DNA of 28,837 bases from a virus (lineage: Duplodnaviria; Caudoviricetes). Shown here piece after piece: positions 9,406 through 17,372 of this stretch. The stretch is taken from the IMG/VR virus record IMGVR_UViG_3300025168_000463, positions 1-28,837 of that record; one strand, written 5' to 3'. Every line of letters starts with the position of its first letter. Position 1 is the first letter of the stretch. The notes under the pieces are model-generated. The model had not been told where the DNA came from. It did no database searches and saw only the letters and a program-made list of their open reading frames with translations. A program made the position numbers and the translations under genes.

Positions 9406-10258
9406 GGTAGGTAAAGTCTTCTGGAACATTGGGAGGCTTAACAACGTCAACCAAAAGTACGTCACCTGTCTTGTAAACAAAACGTCTTGTTTCAGGCCAA
9501 CACTTCTTATTAAACTCACACCAACCACAAGAGGGATGAAGTTTTTTATTAGGACTTGTAGCTGACTGAGGTACTGGTTCGTATCCTTTATCAGGAATAA
9601 TGCCTGATACCATCGTCTTTGCTTGCTCTATTTCTTTTTCTTTTTGTTCTATCTCTTCAGAGAAGTTATACACATCTAAGCATATGCCACCCCCTACTTT
9701 ATCAACAACAAGAAAAGCTCCGTGTGTTTTGTTTGTTACCAGTGGATCAGTCTTAGCAGCATACACGTAAGAACTAAGCTGACTAATGTAACCAAAAGGA
9801 TCTTGATCCCTCAAGCTACCCTCAGCAAATTTCTTGAACGAGTAAGGGGAAGCAGACTTAACATCCACTGTCATACCATCAATAACAGCATCCCTGTGAC
9901 CTGCTAAATCATTGATGAATAAACGATCCTGTTGTCCTTCAACACGGTGACCAGACGCTTCAACGATAGAGAGAACCAACTCCTCAATCATATCGCCATA
10001 AAAGAACTTAAGTAAATCTGATGGAGAAACAGGCTTACTAGCTGCAGGTTCGTTTATCTTATACCAAAGTTTTCTTTTGCAAGGACTACCAATAGAAGAG
10101 AACGACAAATATCTTCTTGGTTTTTGTGGTGCTCTAAATCTTGAGGTAGCTGCCTTAGCTATCTTATCACCCATCCTAAGACTTATTATATGATCCCATC
10201 CATTTAATCCCTGGATGGTTTCCTCCATGTCTTTTACGAGTGTGTTAATACTTTTCAT
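9392..10258 (-). CDS. Cas4/RecB-like PD-(D/E)xK exonuclease with four-Cys (Fe-S) staple
   Basis: SSIGSPCKRKLWY, GHRD...VDVKS, QLSSY and C-terminal CGWC...C. Confidence 0.85.
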   Translation of the reverse strand: MKSINTLVKDMEETIQGLNGWDHIISLRMGDKIAKAATSRFRAPQKPRRYLSFSSIGSPCKRKLWYKINEPAASKPVSPSDLLKFFYGDMIEELVLSIVEASGHRVEGQQDRLFINDLAGHRDAVIDGMTVDVKSASPYSFKKFAEGSLRDQDPFGYISQLSSYVYAAKTDPLVTNKTHGAFLVVDKVGGGICLDVYNFSEEIEQKEKEIEQAKTMVSGIIPDKGYEPVPQSATSPNKKLHPSCGWCEFNKKCWPETRRFVYKTGDVLLVDVVKPPNVPEDFTYHDQK

Positions 10259-10279
10259 GGTCTTACCTTTTTATTTTTT

Positions 10280-10308
10280 AAAACCCCCACCCAAAACAAG
10301 GGTGAGGG
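10280..10308 (-). terminator. Intrinsic terminator after the SSB gene
   Basis: - strand CCCTCACCC-TTGTTTT-GGGTGGGGG-TTTT: 9-bp stem with one G-U and a short U tract, so probably leaky. Confidence 0.7.
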
Positions 10309-10340
10309 AAAGCTTCTAGGGAGAAAGGACTTAGAAAAAC

Positions 10341-10865
10341 CTAGAAGGGTATTGAGTCCTGTGGCTCTTGGGAGGAAGCGGAAGACTTAGAACCGCCAGA
10401 ACTCTTTGAATGATCCTGAAACATTTGACGTGGTTGGGAGACACCACCTTCTGATTCATAGATCACATGATCTAGGACTTGAAGTCCAACTAATCGTGTA
10501 CCTGTTCCCATCTTTGTGGGGTACACTTCAACTTTAACAATACCTTTGCTGCCATTACCGATAAGACCTTTGTCTTGAAGATCCCAAGACTTACCAGTTA
10601 CATCAGCTACGATAGGTTCTCCACCCATCCAGTCTTGTATGCCAGTATGAGGACGTGACACAGTGATCTTGTGACCACCTTCTACCTCTTCAATTTTCTT
10701 TTTACATCCTGCGTCAACAAGAGACTTAGCAGTTTTCTTGTCAGTAATTACTGTAACTTTGTACTCACCGTTAGTCTCTACGTTCCATTCATTTTGATCA
10801 CGATTAGACTCAAATACTTTTGCCCACTCGATTGTTCCTTTGATATCCATTTGTGTTGATGGCAT
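10341..10865 (-). CDS. ssb: Single-stranded DNA-binding protein (gp2.5-like)
   Basis: Position between pol and exonuclease, OB-fold motifs (IGNGSKG, TRLVGLQVLD), disordered linker, acidic tail EPQDSIPF, AAGGAGG SD. Confidence 0.8.
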   Translation of the reverse strand: MPSTQMDIKGTIEWAKVFESNRDQNEWNVETNGEYKVTVITDKKTAKSLVDAGCKKKIEEVEGGHKITVSRPHTGIQDWMGGEPIVADVTGKSWDLQDKGLIGNGSKGIVKVEVYPTKMGTGTRLVGLQVLDHVIYESEGGVSQPRQMFQDHSKSSGGSKSSASSQEPQDSIPF

Positions 10866-10901
10866 ATTGCCCTCCTTTTTTTTAAAAGATTAATACTGTA
10901 A

Positions 10902-10930
10902 TACATAGTCTTTGGTTTATGGGTTGTCAA
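10902..10930 (-). promoter_or_regulatory. Promoter for ssb
   Basis: TTGACA (overlapping the pol TGA)-17 bp-TATGTA. Confidence 0.55.
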
Positions 10931-12888
10931 TGGGTCTCAGCCCAATTTTTTCCTATATCATATGATCCTGGCGTAGGTATTTTAAATCCTAACTCCTGAC
11001 CAGTTTCTAACATGCAGTCTGCTTGTATCTGCCCTAGTGCTCTAGCTTCCTCCTCTGTTCCTGTTACCTCTACTTGGTACTCATCATGGATGAACCCAAC
11101 CATCTTAAACTTTATCCCTTCCTGTCTAGCTTTGTCGTGCCACTTGAGTAGACTGTGCTTCATCAAACAGGCTTCACCATTTTGTAGAATACCTGCCAAG
11201 GTTTTATGTGCGTTGGGTACTGGAACTTTACGTCCATCATACCCAGTAAAGTATCCTTGCTCTGCTACGTAGGGTACGAGTTGGTTCTTTAAATTATATA
11301 AACCATCAATACTCATTTCAAAACGTTTTCTGGCATGGTTTGCATAGCTCATATTTACGTTAAGTATCTGTGCTGTTTTTGCCATCCCTGCACCCAGAAG
11401 CCAAGCATAAATAAAAGTCTTTGCCATATCCCTAGTACCATCAGGAACATTCAAAGCTTTCTTGTTGACGTTGTGTATGTCTGTCTCGTCTTCTTTCTTT
11501 CCTGTCATTATAGCTTGAGCATATTGATCAGCATCAAAATGTCTCCAAAGATAATCAGCTAACACTCGCAGCTGAATACCGTCAGCATCCGTACCAACTA
11601 ACCAAGAGCCTGATGGTACAGTCCAACAAGCACGTAAGTGTACATCAAATTGTTTCTTTACTTCATCTACTGCTGTCTTTGCATCACCATAAAAAGGTGA
11701 GGATATGTTAGCCGTGTTAGGTTCTTTGTGAGAACAGCGTCCTGTCCATGCTCCAATGTTGTTAATGCTGCCGTGTATCCTTAAATCTTCACCACACTGC
11801 CCTATCCACTCTGCCAGTGAGGAACGCCTACCTTCTAGTGTCAACCACTGGGCTAGAGCTTTCGCTCCTGTAGGTGCTGTCTCAGGAAGTGTGCTAAGGT
11901 TTGCCTCTGAAACTGTGTATCCGTAAATATCTAAGTGAGCTTTCTTTTTGTTGTAGAAATCCTGATCCATAGAAGCAATTGACTTCTTCCAGGGGTCACC
12001 AACCCTAGTTCTAGAAAAGTCTTTGGCAGTAGTTGTTTTGTCTACTGGTTTCCAGTCGGCTTCCCACAGTACATCAATACGATCTTTAACTGATCCAGGG
12101 TTAAAGCTAATCCAGTCAGAACAAATCAAGTCTTCACCTTCAGTGTGTGTCATACCATACTTTTGTTTTGCTTTTTCTACGGTAGACATTTCTGTACCAT
12201 CCTTCTTGAGTCGGTACTTTATCCTGTTTACTTCCGTAAGCTTAGGTGGGAAGTCTATTTGAAATTGTTCTTCTAGTGTGTTCATCTTTGTCTTGACTGA
12301 GTTAAGAAGAAACTCTGCCTTTGTTTTATCAAAACAAAAACCGTAGTACTGAGTCCGTACTAATTCTATTTGTACATCGTGCTCAGTTCTTAAAGAGTTA
12401 CGCCAATCAGGACTCCAAATAATATTGTTGAAGTGATCATACAAAGATTCTGTAACCTCGATGTCTTGATACCAGTAGTCAACCATATCAATGCTGAATT
12501 TAGAAAAGTCATTAAAGTCTCCTTTGTGTTTGTTTAATCTTATACCCCAAGCCTTAAGACTGTGAGGATACTGAGCACCCTTTGGTATAGCTATGTTGTA
12601 GTCAACCAACCTACTTATAATAACAGTATCAACAACCTTTCTTGGATCTATAAGCCCTGGTTTTAAAAGTTTGTTTAGCATAGGAGTATCAAACTGTAAA
12701 AAGTTGTGACCAACAATCAAGTCTGCTGTCTCGTACCACTTGATAGCTTCAGCCTTAGCTACTGGATCTTCGTGGCAGTTATCAAATCTTTTTACTTGAC
12801 CAGTACTAAGATCTTTACCACCACAAATCCATAGCTTATCACTATCCAAAAGACTGTTAGTCTCTATGTCACTGACAACTATTCTCAT
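10927..12888 (-). CDS. polA: Family A DNA polymerase with 3'-5' exonuclease (T7 gp5-like)
   Basis: Exo motifs DIET, GHNFLQFD and YQD; motif A DADGIQLR, motif B RDMAKTFIY, motif C FIHDE. Confidence 0.96.
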   Translation of the reverse strand: MRIVVSDIETNSLLDSDKLWICGGKDLSTGQVKRFDNCHEDPVAKAEAIKWYETADLIVGHNFLQFDTPMLNKLLKPGLIDPRKVVDTVIISRLVDYNIAIPKGAQYPHSLKAWGIRLNKHKGDFNDFSKFSIDMVDYWYQDIEVTESLYDHFNNIIWSPDWRNSLRTEHDVQIELVRTQYYGFCFDKTKAEFLLNSVKTKMNTLEEQFQIDFPPKLTEVNRIKYRLKKDGTEMSTVEKAKQKYGMTHTEGEDLICSDWISFNPGSVKDRIDVLWEADWKPVDKTTTAKDFSRTRVGDPWKKSIASMDQDFYNKKKAHLDIYGYTVSEANLSTLPETAPTGAKALAQWLTLEGRRSSLAEWIGQCGEDLRIHGSINNIGAWTGRCSHKEPNTANISSPFYGDAKTAVDEVKKQFDVHLRACWTVPSGSWLVGTDADGIQLRVLADYLWRHFDADQYAQAIMTGKKEDETDIHNVNKKALNVPDGTRDMAKTFIYAWLLGAGMAKTAQILNVNMSYANHARKRFEMSIDGLYNLKNQLVPYVAEQGYFTGYDGRKVPVPNAHKTLAGILQNGEACLMKHSLLKWHDKARQEGIKFKMVGFIHDEYQVEVTGTEEEARALGQIQADCMLETGQELGFKIPTPGSYDIGKNWAETH

Positions 12889-14483
12889 ACGTTAAATACC
12901 ACCTCTTCAAGTAGGGTAGTCTCTGGATCGTAGTAAACTGATCCTGACTTACCTAACTTTGCAAAGGGTCTGTTCTTGTCAATAATAAATTGGGTAGTAT
13001 TACGTTCAGTTTCGTCTTCTGACTCAACGTTACGGCTGAGTTTAATACAAATGATTGCTTCTTCTTCCAGTGAAGAGGCGTACTTTGTTCGTCCATCATC
13101 ATTAACCTGTGATATAAATACGACACCAATGTTTAATTCTTTTGCTAGCTGCGCCATCCTAGCACCAATAGTAGTGAGTGTACTAGTGGCGGCATCTACA
13201 CCAGAGTTTGATAGATAGGCTAGACGTTGAACGTGATCTATAAAGATGTACTCTGCACCATAGACTGTTGCTGACGTTCTTACATAATCAAGAACCATCA
13301 TAGGATCGTCATGTCCTTCCATGTAGAACACAACAGACTTGTTATCTCCACCTAATTTTTGTGCAGCATCAATCACTTGCTGTTCTGTAAAACCATTTGC
13401 TTCTGTGTCTTCTTTAGTTCGGACATTCTTACCTAGTTCGTAGGTTGCCATGCCTCTGTAAGTCATACCTTTCATCTCTTCCATGTGTAGCATTGCTACC
13501 TTAGTTCCTTGACGTAACAACCCCACCTCAAAGTACCTGACTAGTTCAGTCTTACCCTGTCCTCTGAGTGCTTTGATAAATGTTAGACCACCCTTAACAA
13601 GGCCACGCATCTTATCATCTAAGCCAGTGTGTCCGGTGGGTACGTACTCATAAGGGTTCTCTGTTTCTATTGCTTCTTTGATTGCTAGATCACCAACAAA
13701 AAAGTTTTCAGGTGAGTACCTCTGAGGTTTAAATGCTGCCCACTTTAAAGCTTCAGCATCTCCTTCCATTAAGAACTCGTTGGCATCCTTCCACTTAGAC
13801 ATGGGTACATAGTAAAACTTTTCTGGCATCAGGTTATAAAGCTTTTGTGCTGCAGCTTTACCTGTAGCATCAGACAATTCCCCTGCGTAGACTACTGTTT
13901 CAAATGAGTCTAAGTACTTATGGTTTTCTTTTATGAAAGTTTCGGACATTGATCCACTTGGCAAAGACTTAACTGGGTAAGCTCCATCCATAACCTCGTA
14001 CAAACTGGCGGCATCAAACTCACCTTCAGTAAGATAAATTCTTTTAGAAGATCCTGCGTTAAACTCAGGACCAAACAAAGAGTTCTGACCTTTACCTTTC
14101 CAGAAGAAACGTTTCTCGTGGTAGCCACGATACTTAACAGCACCATTAGGATACTGAAATGCGTATCTTACTGGAGTGTTATTCTCTCCGTACTGTACTT
14201 GAATATTAAATAGTTTAGCAGTCTTTTCTTTTAGTCCACGTATGCCATCAAACCTACCGCTGATAACCTTGGTCTTATGTAGGTCTACCTTTGGTGGTGG
14301 AGGTGGGTAGGTTGCTTCAGCCCAATCAAATTTTTTATCTGATCCAGGGTAACCCCTACCACACGAGTGACAGTGACCAACCTTCTGGTTGATGTTGTAA
14401 CTAAATGCGTCACTGCTTGCACAATCCTCATAAGGACACGGCTGATGTGTTATCTCTCCGTTGTTCTTTACTACTGCTTTCAT
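12885..14483 (-). CDS. DNA primase-helicase (T7 gp4-like)
   Basis: Zn finger CPYEDC...CHSC, TOPRIM TEGEFDA, KDANE, Walker A ALRGQGKT, IFIDH and KNR. Confidence 0.95.
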   Translation of the reverse strand: MKAVVKNNGEITHQPCPYEDCASSDAFSYNINQKVGHCHSCGRGYPGSDKKFDWAEATYPPPPPKVDLHKTKVISGRFDGIRGLKEKTAKLFNIQVQYGENNTPVRYAFQYPNGAVKYRGYHEKRFFWKGKGQNSLFGPEFNAGSSKRIYLTEGEFDAASLYEVMDGAYPVKSLPSGSMSETFIKENHKYLDSFETVVYAGELSDATGKAAAQKLYNLMPEKFYYVPMSKWKDANEFLMEGDAEALKWAAFKPQRYSPENFFVGDLAIKEAIETENPYEYVPTGHTGLDDKMRGLVKGGLTFIKALRGQGKTELVRYFEVGLLRQGTKVAMLHMEEMKGMTYRGMATYELGKNVRTKEDTEANGFTEQQVIDAAQKLGGDNKSVVFYMEGHDDPMMVLDYVRTSATVYGAEYIFIDHVQRLAYLSNSGVDAATSTLTTIGARMAQLAKELNIGVVFISQVNDDGRTKYASSLEEEAIICIKLSRNVESEDETERNTTQFIIDKNRPFAKLGKSGSVYYDPETTLLEEVVFNV

Positions 14484-14709
14484 TGTTAACCCTTTCTAAA
14501 AGTTTTCTTCTGGCTTTCTTTGGAAAGTCTTCCATATTCCATCCGTTATTAACTTGCTCCACTGCCCAACTATAACTTATATCAAAACATCTAGCAGCTT
14601 CAGCTATACTGTCAAAGGTTTTTCCGTATAACCTACATGATCTACCTGGTTTTTTTATTGTTGGTGCATGTTTGATACGTATATGACAAGGTACTCCCTT
14701 TGGTTGCAC
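14428..14709 (-). CDS. NUMOD1-like helix-turn-helix DNA-binding protein
   Basis: YGKTFDSIAEAARCFDIS matches the NUMOD1 pattern F-x-S-I-x-E-A-A-R. Confidence 0.6.
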   Translation of the reverse strand: MQPKGVPCHIRIKHAPTIKKPGRSCRLYGKTFDSIAEAARCFDISYSWAVEQVNNGWNMEDFPKKARRKLLERVNNESSSKEQRRDNTSAVSL

Positions 14710-14903
14710 TATGTATCCCCCATATTTTTTGGGGCATACACTGCACCGTTGTACTGACTACCAGTCTCAGTGTCTGCACCAAAGTTACACCAAGCTAGTA
14801 TAACTAGTATTGCCATGATCCAATAGAAAGAAGTCTTCACCCACTTGATAAACCCTTCAAATGTTTTCTTAGCTTCTATCTCTGCTGCTTGACTAGGTGT
14901 CAT
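14709..14903 (-). CDS. Homologue of aa3-type cytochrome c oxidase subunit IV (CtaH/CoxIV-like)
   Basis: KTFEGFIKWVKTSFYWIMAILVILAWCN aligns with the TFxGFIK...(TM)...LAxxN pattern of Paracoccus/Rhodobacter subunit IV, as I recall it; single TM helix. Confidence 0.65.
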   Translation of the reverse strand: MTPSQAAEIEAKKTFEGFIKWVKTSFYWIMAILVILAWCNFGADTETGSQYNGAVYAPKNMGDT

Positions 14904-15061
14904 TGTTGTTTCTCCTTTCTAATTTCCTCTACACCTACTGCATAATACTGACTTGTCTCAAACATATCTAAGATAATTCGTTTGTCTTTTGCCCTCATGT
15001 AAAAACTTATATGACTATTGTCATCTCTGTTCTTTTTTATTTTAACTAAGTACTGCTTCAC
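14900..15061 (-). CDS. Hypothetical early protein, 53 aa
   Basis: GTG start overlapping the upstream stop (GTGA), with GGAG SD; start revised from 15085. Confidence 0.6.
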   Translation of the reverse strand: MKQYLVKIKKNRDDNSHISFYMRAKDKRIILDMFETSQYYAVGVEEIRKEKQQ

Positions 15062-15231
15062 TGTTGTGTCTCCACCTCTAGACAAGCCACTGTCTCTGAC
15101 TTGTGCGTTATCATCTTAGCTGCTTTGCTCAATTGTATCTGGCACTCTTCTAGTGTGGCATAGCTACCCAACTGATAATGCTCCACTGTCTGTGTACTAA
15201 ACAGCTGCATCCATACTAATACAAACATCAT
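15058..15231 (-). CDS. Unlisted 57-aa protein with hydrophobic N-terminus and Cys pair (MMFVLVWMQLF...YATLEEC...VACLEV)
   Basis: Read by hand: AGGAG SD and coupled overlaps at both ends. Confidence 0.75.
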   Translation of the reverse strand: MMFVLVWMQLFSTQTVEHYQLGSYATLEECQIQLSKAAKMITHKSETVACLEVETQQ

Positions 15232-15380
15232 TTACTCTCTCCTATTTTATCAAGCTTATCTTGTAAACGTATTAACCTTTTCTCTAAAGTAACAATCCTA
15301 TTTGCTAATTCTATTTTTCCTTTTGTGTCATAATAATATTCTACTTTATCTTCGTCACTCCACCAAGGACTATATGCCAT
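15228..15380 (-). CDS. Unlisted 50-aa protein with C-terminal coiled coil (MAYSPWWSDEDK...DKIGESK)
   Basis: Read by hand: AAGGAG SD and stop overlapping the next ATG. Confidence 0.7.
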   Translation of the reverse strand: MAYSPWWSDEDKVEYYYDTKGKIELANRIVTLEKRLIRLQDKLDKIGESK

Positions 15381-15391
15381 CTTCTATCTCC

Positions 15392-15613
15392 TTAAACATA
15401 ATCATAATCATATTCGGCATCCAGTGACACCCATGCTCTTTCATATTCATAATCCCAGTTAGTACCACCATCTTCCATCTCTCCTTCTGCTATAATCTTA
15501 GCCCAATGATTTATGCTAGGCTCGTGGTTAAGTGGTAGTTCACCCTGGAAATGTATCCTGTACATTTCTAAGATTTCAATAGGCTTTTCTTTATCGTAGT
15601 TTAAGTCTCTCAT
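15392..15613 (-). CDS. Acidic, aromatic-rich early protein, 73 aa
   Basis: ORF with AAGGA SD; Asp/Glu/Tyr/Trp-rich C-terminus. Confidence 0.65.
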   Translation of the reverse strand: MRDLNYDKEKPIEILEMYRIHFQGELPLNHEPSINHWAKIIAEGEMEDGGTNWDYEYERAWVSLDAEYDYDYV

Positions 15614-15642
15614 TCTATATCCTTCCTATCCAATGAGATACA

Positions 15643-15870
15643 TCATCGTGGGGATCGTCTGTCCAAAACCTCTCCGTATAATTCATCTGCAAAATTCCTT
15701 CCTGTTACTCTACTAACAGTATTGATTGCAGCTTCAGCCCCCTTTTCAAATCCTTCATCAAAAGCATCAGCAACATCCTCGTTGTCTCTGTACTTTTTGT
15801 ACAAAAACCCTGCGAGAAAAGACAACACAATCAACAGCACTGTGATTGGCTCAGGTATGTAGATAGTCAA
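15643..15870 (-). CDS. Single-pass membrane protein, 75 aa
   Basis: N-terminal TM helix, YKKYR stop-transfer and FDEGFEKG motif; GAGG SD and ATGA overlap. Confidence 0.65.
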   Translation of the reverse strand: MTIYIPEPITVLLIVLSFLAGFLYKKYRDNEDVADAFDEGFEKGAEAAINTVSRVTGRNFADELYGEVLDRRSPR

Positions 15871-16067
15871 TGGTAGTTCCTCTCATACTTTTCTTTCTTC
15901 CATCTCTGGAAATCTTTCTGTGTTAAATCATTCTCGTCTAGAAACTCGTGAAGTTCTAGTAGTCTTTCAAACAATTCAACGTTTGTCATTAGCACCCTCT
16001 TAAGAGTTTCTTCATCAGTCTCTTCACTCATGGTTGCTAACCCTGCTTTAAATTCTTCCTCTGTCAT
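15867..16067 (-). CDS. Acidic helical protein, 66 aa
   Basis: GGAGGT SD; first gene after the AT-rich element. Confidence 0.7.
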   Translation of the reverse strand: MTEEEFKAGLATMSEETDEETLKRVLMTNVELFERLLELHEFLDENDLTQKDFQRWKKEKYERNYH

Positions 16068-16082
16068 TACAACCTCCGTTGT

Positions 16083-16216
16083 TACTTAAGGTAATACTAC
16101 AAGTTATATTAATAATAATATTAATAACAACATAATTATAATTAACTGTAAGTTATACCCTAAGTATTAGTTATGAGTTACAAATTTCGTTTCAAGTATG
16201 GCAGATTGTCTCACCC
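16083..16216 (-). other. AT-rich element A (candidate origin or promoter unit)
   Basis: About 90 bp of nearly pure A/T bounded by ATAACTAATA and TATTACCTTAAGTA, with GGGTGAGACA-ATC-TGCCAT upstream; related to 22430-22588. Confidence 0.6.
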
Positions 16217-16282
16217 ATACAGTTGGTAGTAAGCCCAGATATAAACAACAATCCAGGCTACTAATCCTATGGCTTCACCCAC
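16211..16282 (-). CDS. Possible 23-aa membrane micropeptide (MGEAIGLVAWIVVYIWAYYQLYG)
   Basis: GTG start overlapping the end of the upstream ORF; entirely hydrophobic; SD is distant. Confidence 0.4.
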   Translation of the reverse strand: MGEAIGLVAWIVVYIWAYYQLYG

Positions 16283-16427
16283 CTATTATCTTTATCTCCA
16301 CTGATACTCCTTTCACTCTTAAGAATTTTTTCACCAATCGATCAACCTCATCCTTGTTTTTAGTAGAGTAAAAAGCAAAGAGGTTGTCGCTCCTATCATG
16401 GATGTTGATCTGATATATCTTTGGCAT
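16275..16427 (-). CDS. Unlisted 50-aa protein (MPKIYQINIHDRSDNLF...EIKIIGG)
   Basis: Read by hand: TGATG coupling to the upstream ORF; fills the gap. Confidence 0.65.
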   Translation of the reverse strand: MPKIYQINIHDRSDNLFAFYSTKNKDEVDRLVKKFLRVKGVSVEIKIIGG

Positions 16428-16786
16428 CAGTCTAACCGTGACCCCATCCAAGCATCCAAACCATAAGCTTTTAAAACTCTGGCTGCAGCGATAGCACCCT
16501 GTTCCTTACAGTCTATGTTCTGGAAGTAAGACTTACTTGGATTCCACCACTGAAATCTTTTCTGTGTCCAATCTTTCTGTAAATCCAGGGCGGCAAAGAT
16601 TTTTCTTTCTTGTCTTCCTTCTTTGGTGTTGCCCTTGTGCTTAGGATCAATCGTGACCCAAGCAAACCCACAAGAGAAAGCATCCTCACCTTTAAGAACA
16701 TCGTTAATGTATTTATCCGTAGCTACTACGGCTGCTGCAAATGCTTCTAGTCTCACTTGCTTTGCGTTGTCTTGTGTTACTCTCAT
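16427..16786 (-). CDS. Conserved phage early protein (CGFAWV...SRLD family)
   Basis: CGFAWV, QNIDCKE and C-terminal SRLD motifs recur in phage hypothetical proteins; AAGGAG SD. Confidence 0.7.
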   Translation of the reverse strand: MRVTQDNAKQVRLEAFAAAVVATDKYINDVLKGEDAFSCGFAWVTIDPKHKGNTKEGRQERKIFAALDLQKDWTQKRFQWWNPSKSYFQNIDCKEQGAIAAARVLKAYGLDAWMGSRLD

Positions 16787-17028
16787 TCTATCATCTCCTT
16801 TTTAATTGTGCAGTGTACACTCCCACTGTCTGCTGATATTGAGTAGAAAGATTTACTATAATCCATAGTGTTAATCTTATTCTCGTTCCTAACAATTGTT
16901 ATGTGTTTGATGGCTGCCCTTCTAGCTTTGAGGCTAGACCCAAAGTATCTGGTATATCTTTCCTCGTACTCTTTTGTTTCTGGTAACCAATCACTAATTC
17001 TTAACGTCCAAAAGTTTCTTGTTTTCAT
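16783..17028 (-). CDS. Hypothetical early protein, 81 aa
   Basis: AAGGAG SD and ATGA overlap downstream. Confidence 0.65.
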   Translation of the reverse strand: MKTRNFWTLRISDWLPETKEYEERYTRYFGSSLKARRAAIKHITIVRNENKINTMDYSKSFYSISADSGSVHCTIKKEMIE

Positions 17029-17048
17029 TTTTAGTTTCTCCTTGTTTC

Positions 17049-17372
17049 TTACATAGTCACATACTGGTCTGTGTTCATGGTGTAGCTTACACCTATCTCA
17101 TAATCTATATGTCTTGAGTAAAGTTCTGCTAAGGCGTCAGCTACAGCTTTTACTTTCTGATGAAACAAATCTATTTGTTCTTCCCTATCATCACCGTACA
17201 TATCCCAACTGATAGGTACTACTGTCTCAACTTCTTTCCAGTGCTTCCACCTGTGCTTATCATCACTATCCTTTGGGTTGATGATCTTATTTCTGTGAGA
17301 GTAAACATAGATTACTGCGTCATGGTAGTCACCTACATGTATCTTATATGTTTTATCTTGTATCATTTTCAA
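17049..17372 (-). CDS. Hypothetical early protein, about 105 aa
   Basis: AAGGA SD; in register with its neighbours. Confidence 0.65.
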   Translation of the reverse strand: MKMIQDKTYKIHVGDYHDAVIYVYSHRNKIINPKDSDDKHRWKHWKEVETVVPISWDMYGDDREEQIDLFHQKVKAVADALAELYSRHIDYEIGVSYTMNTDQYVTM

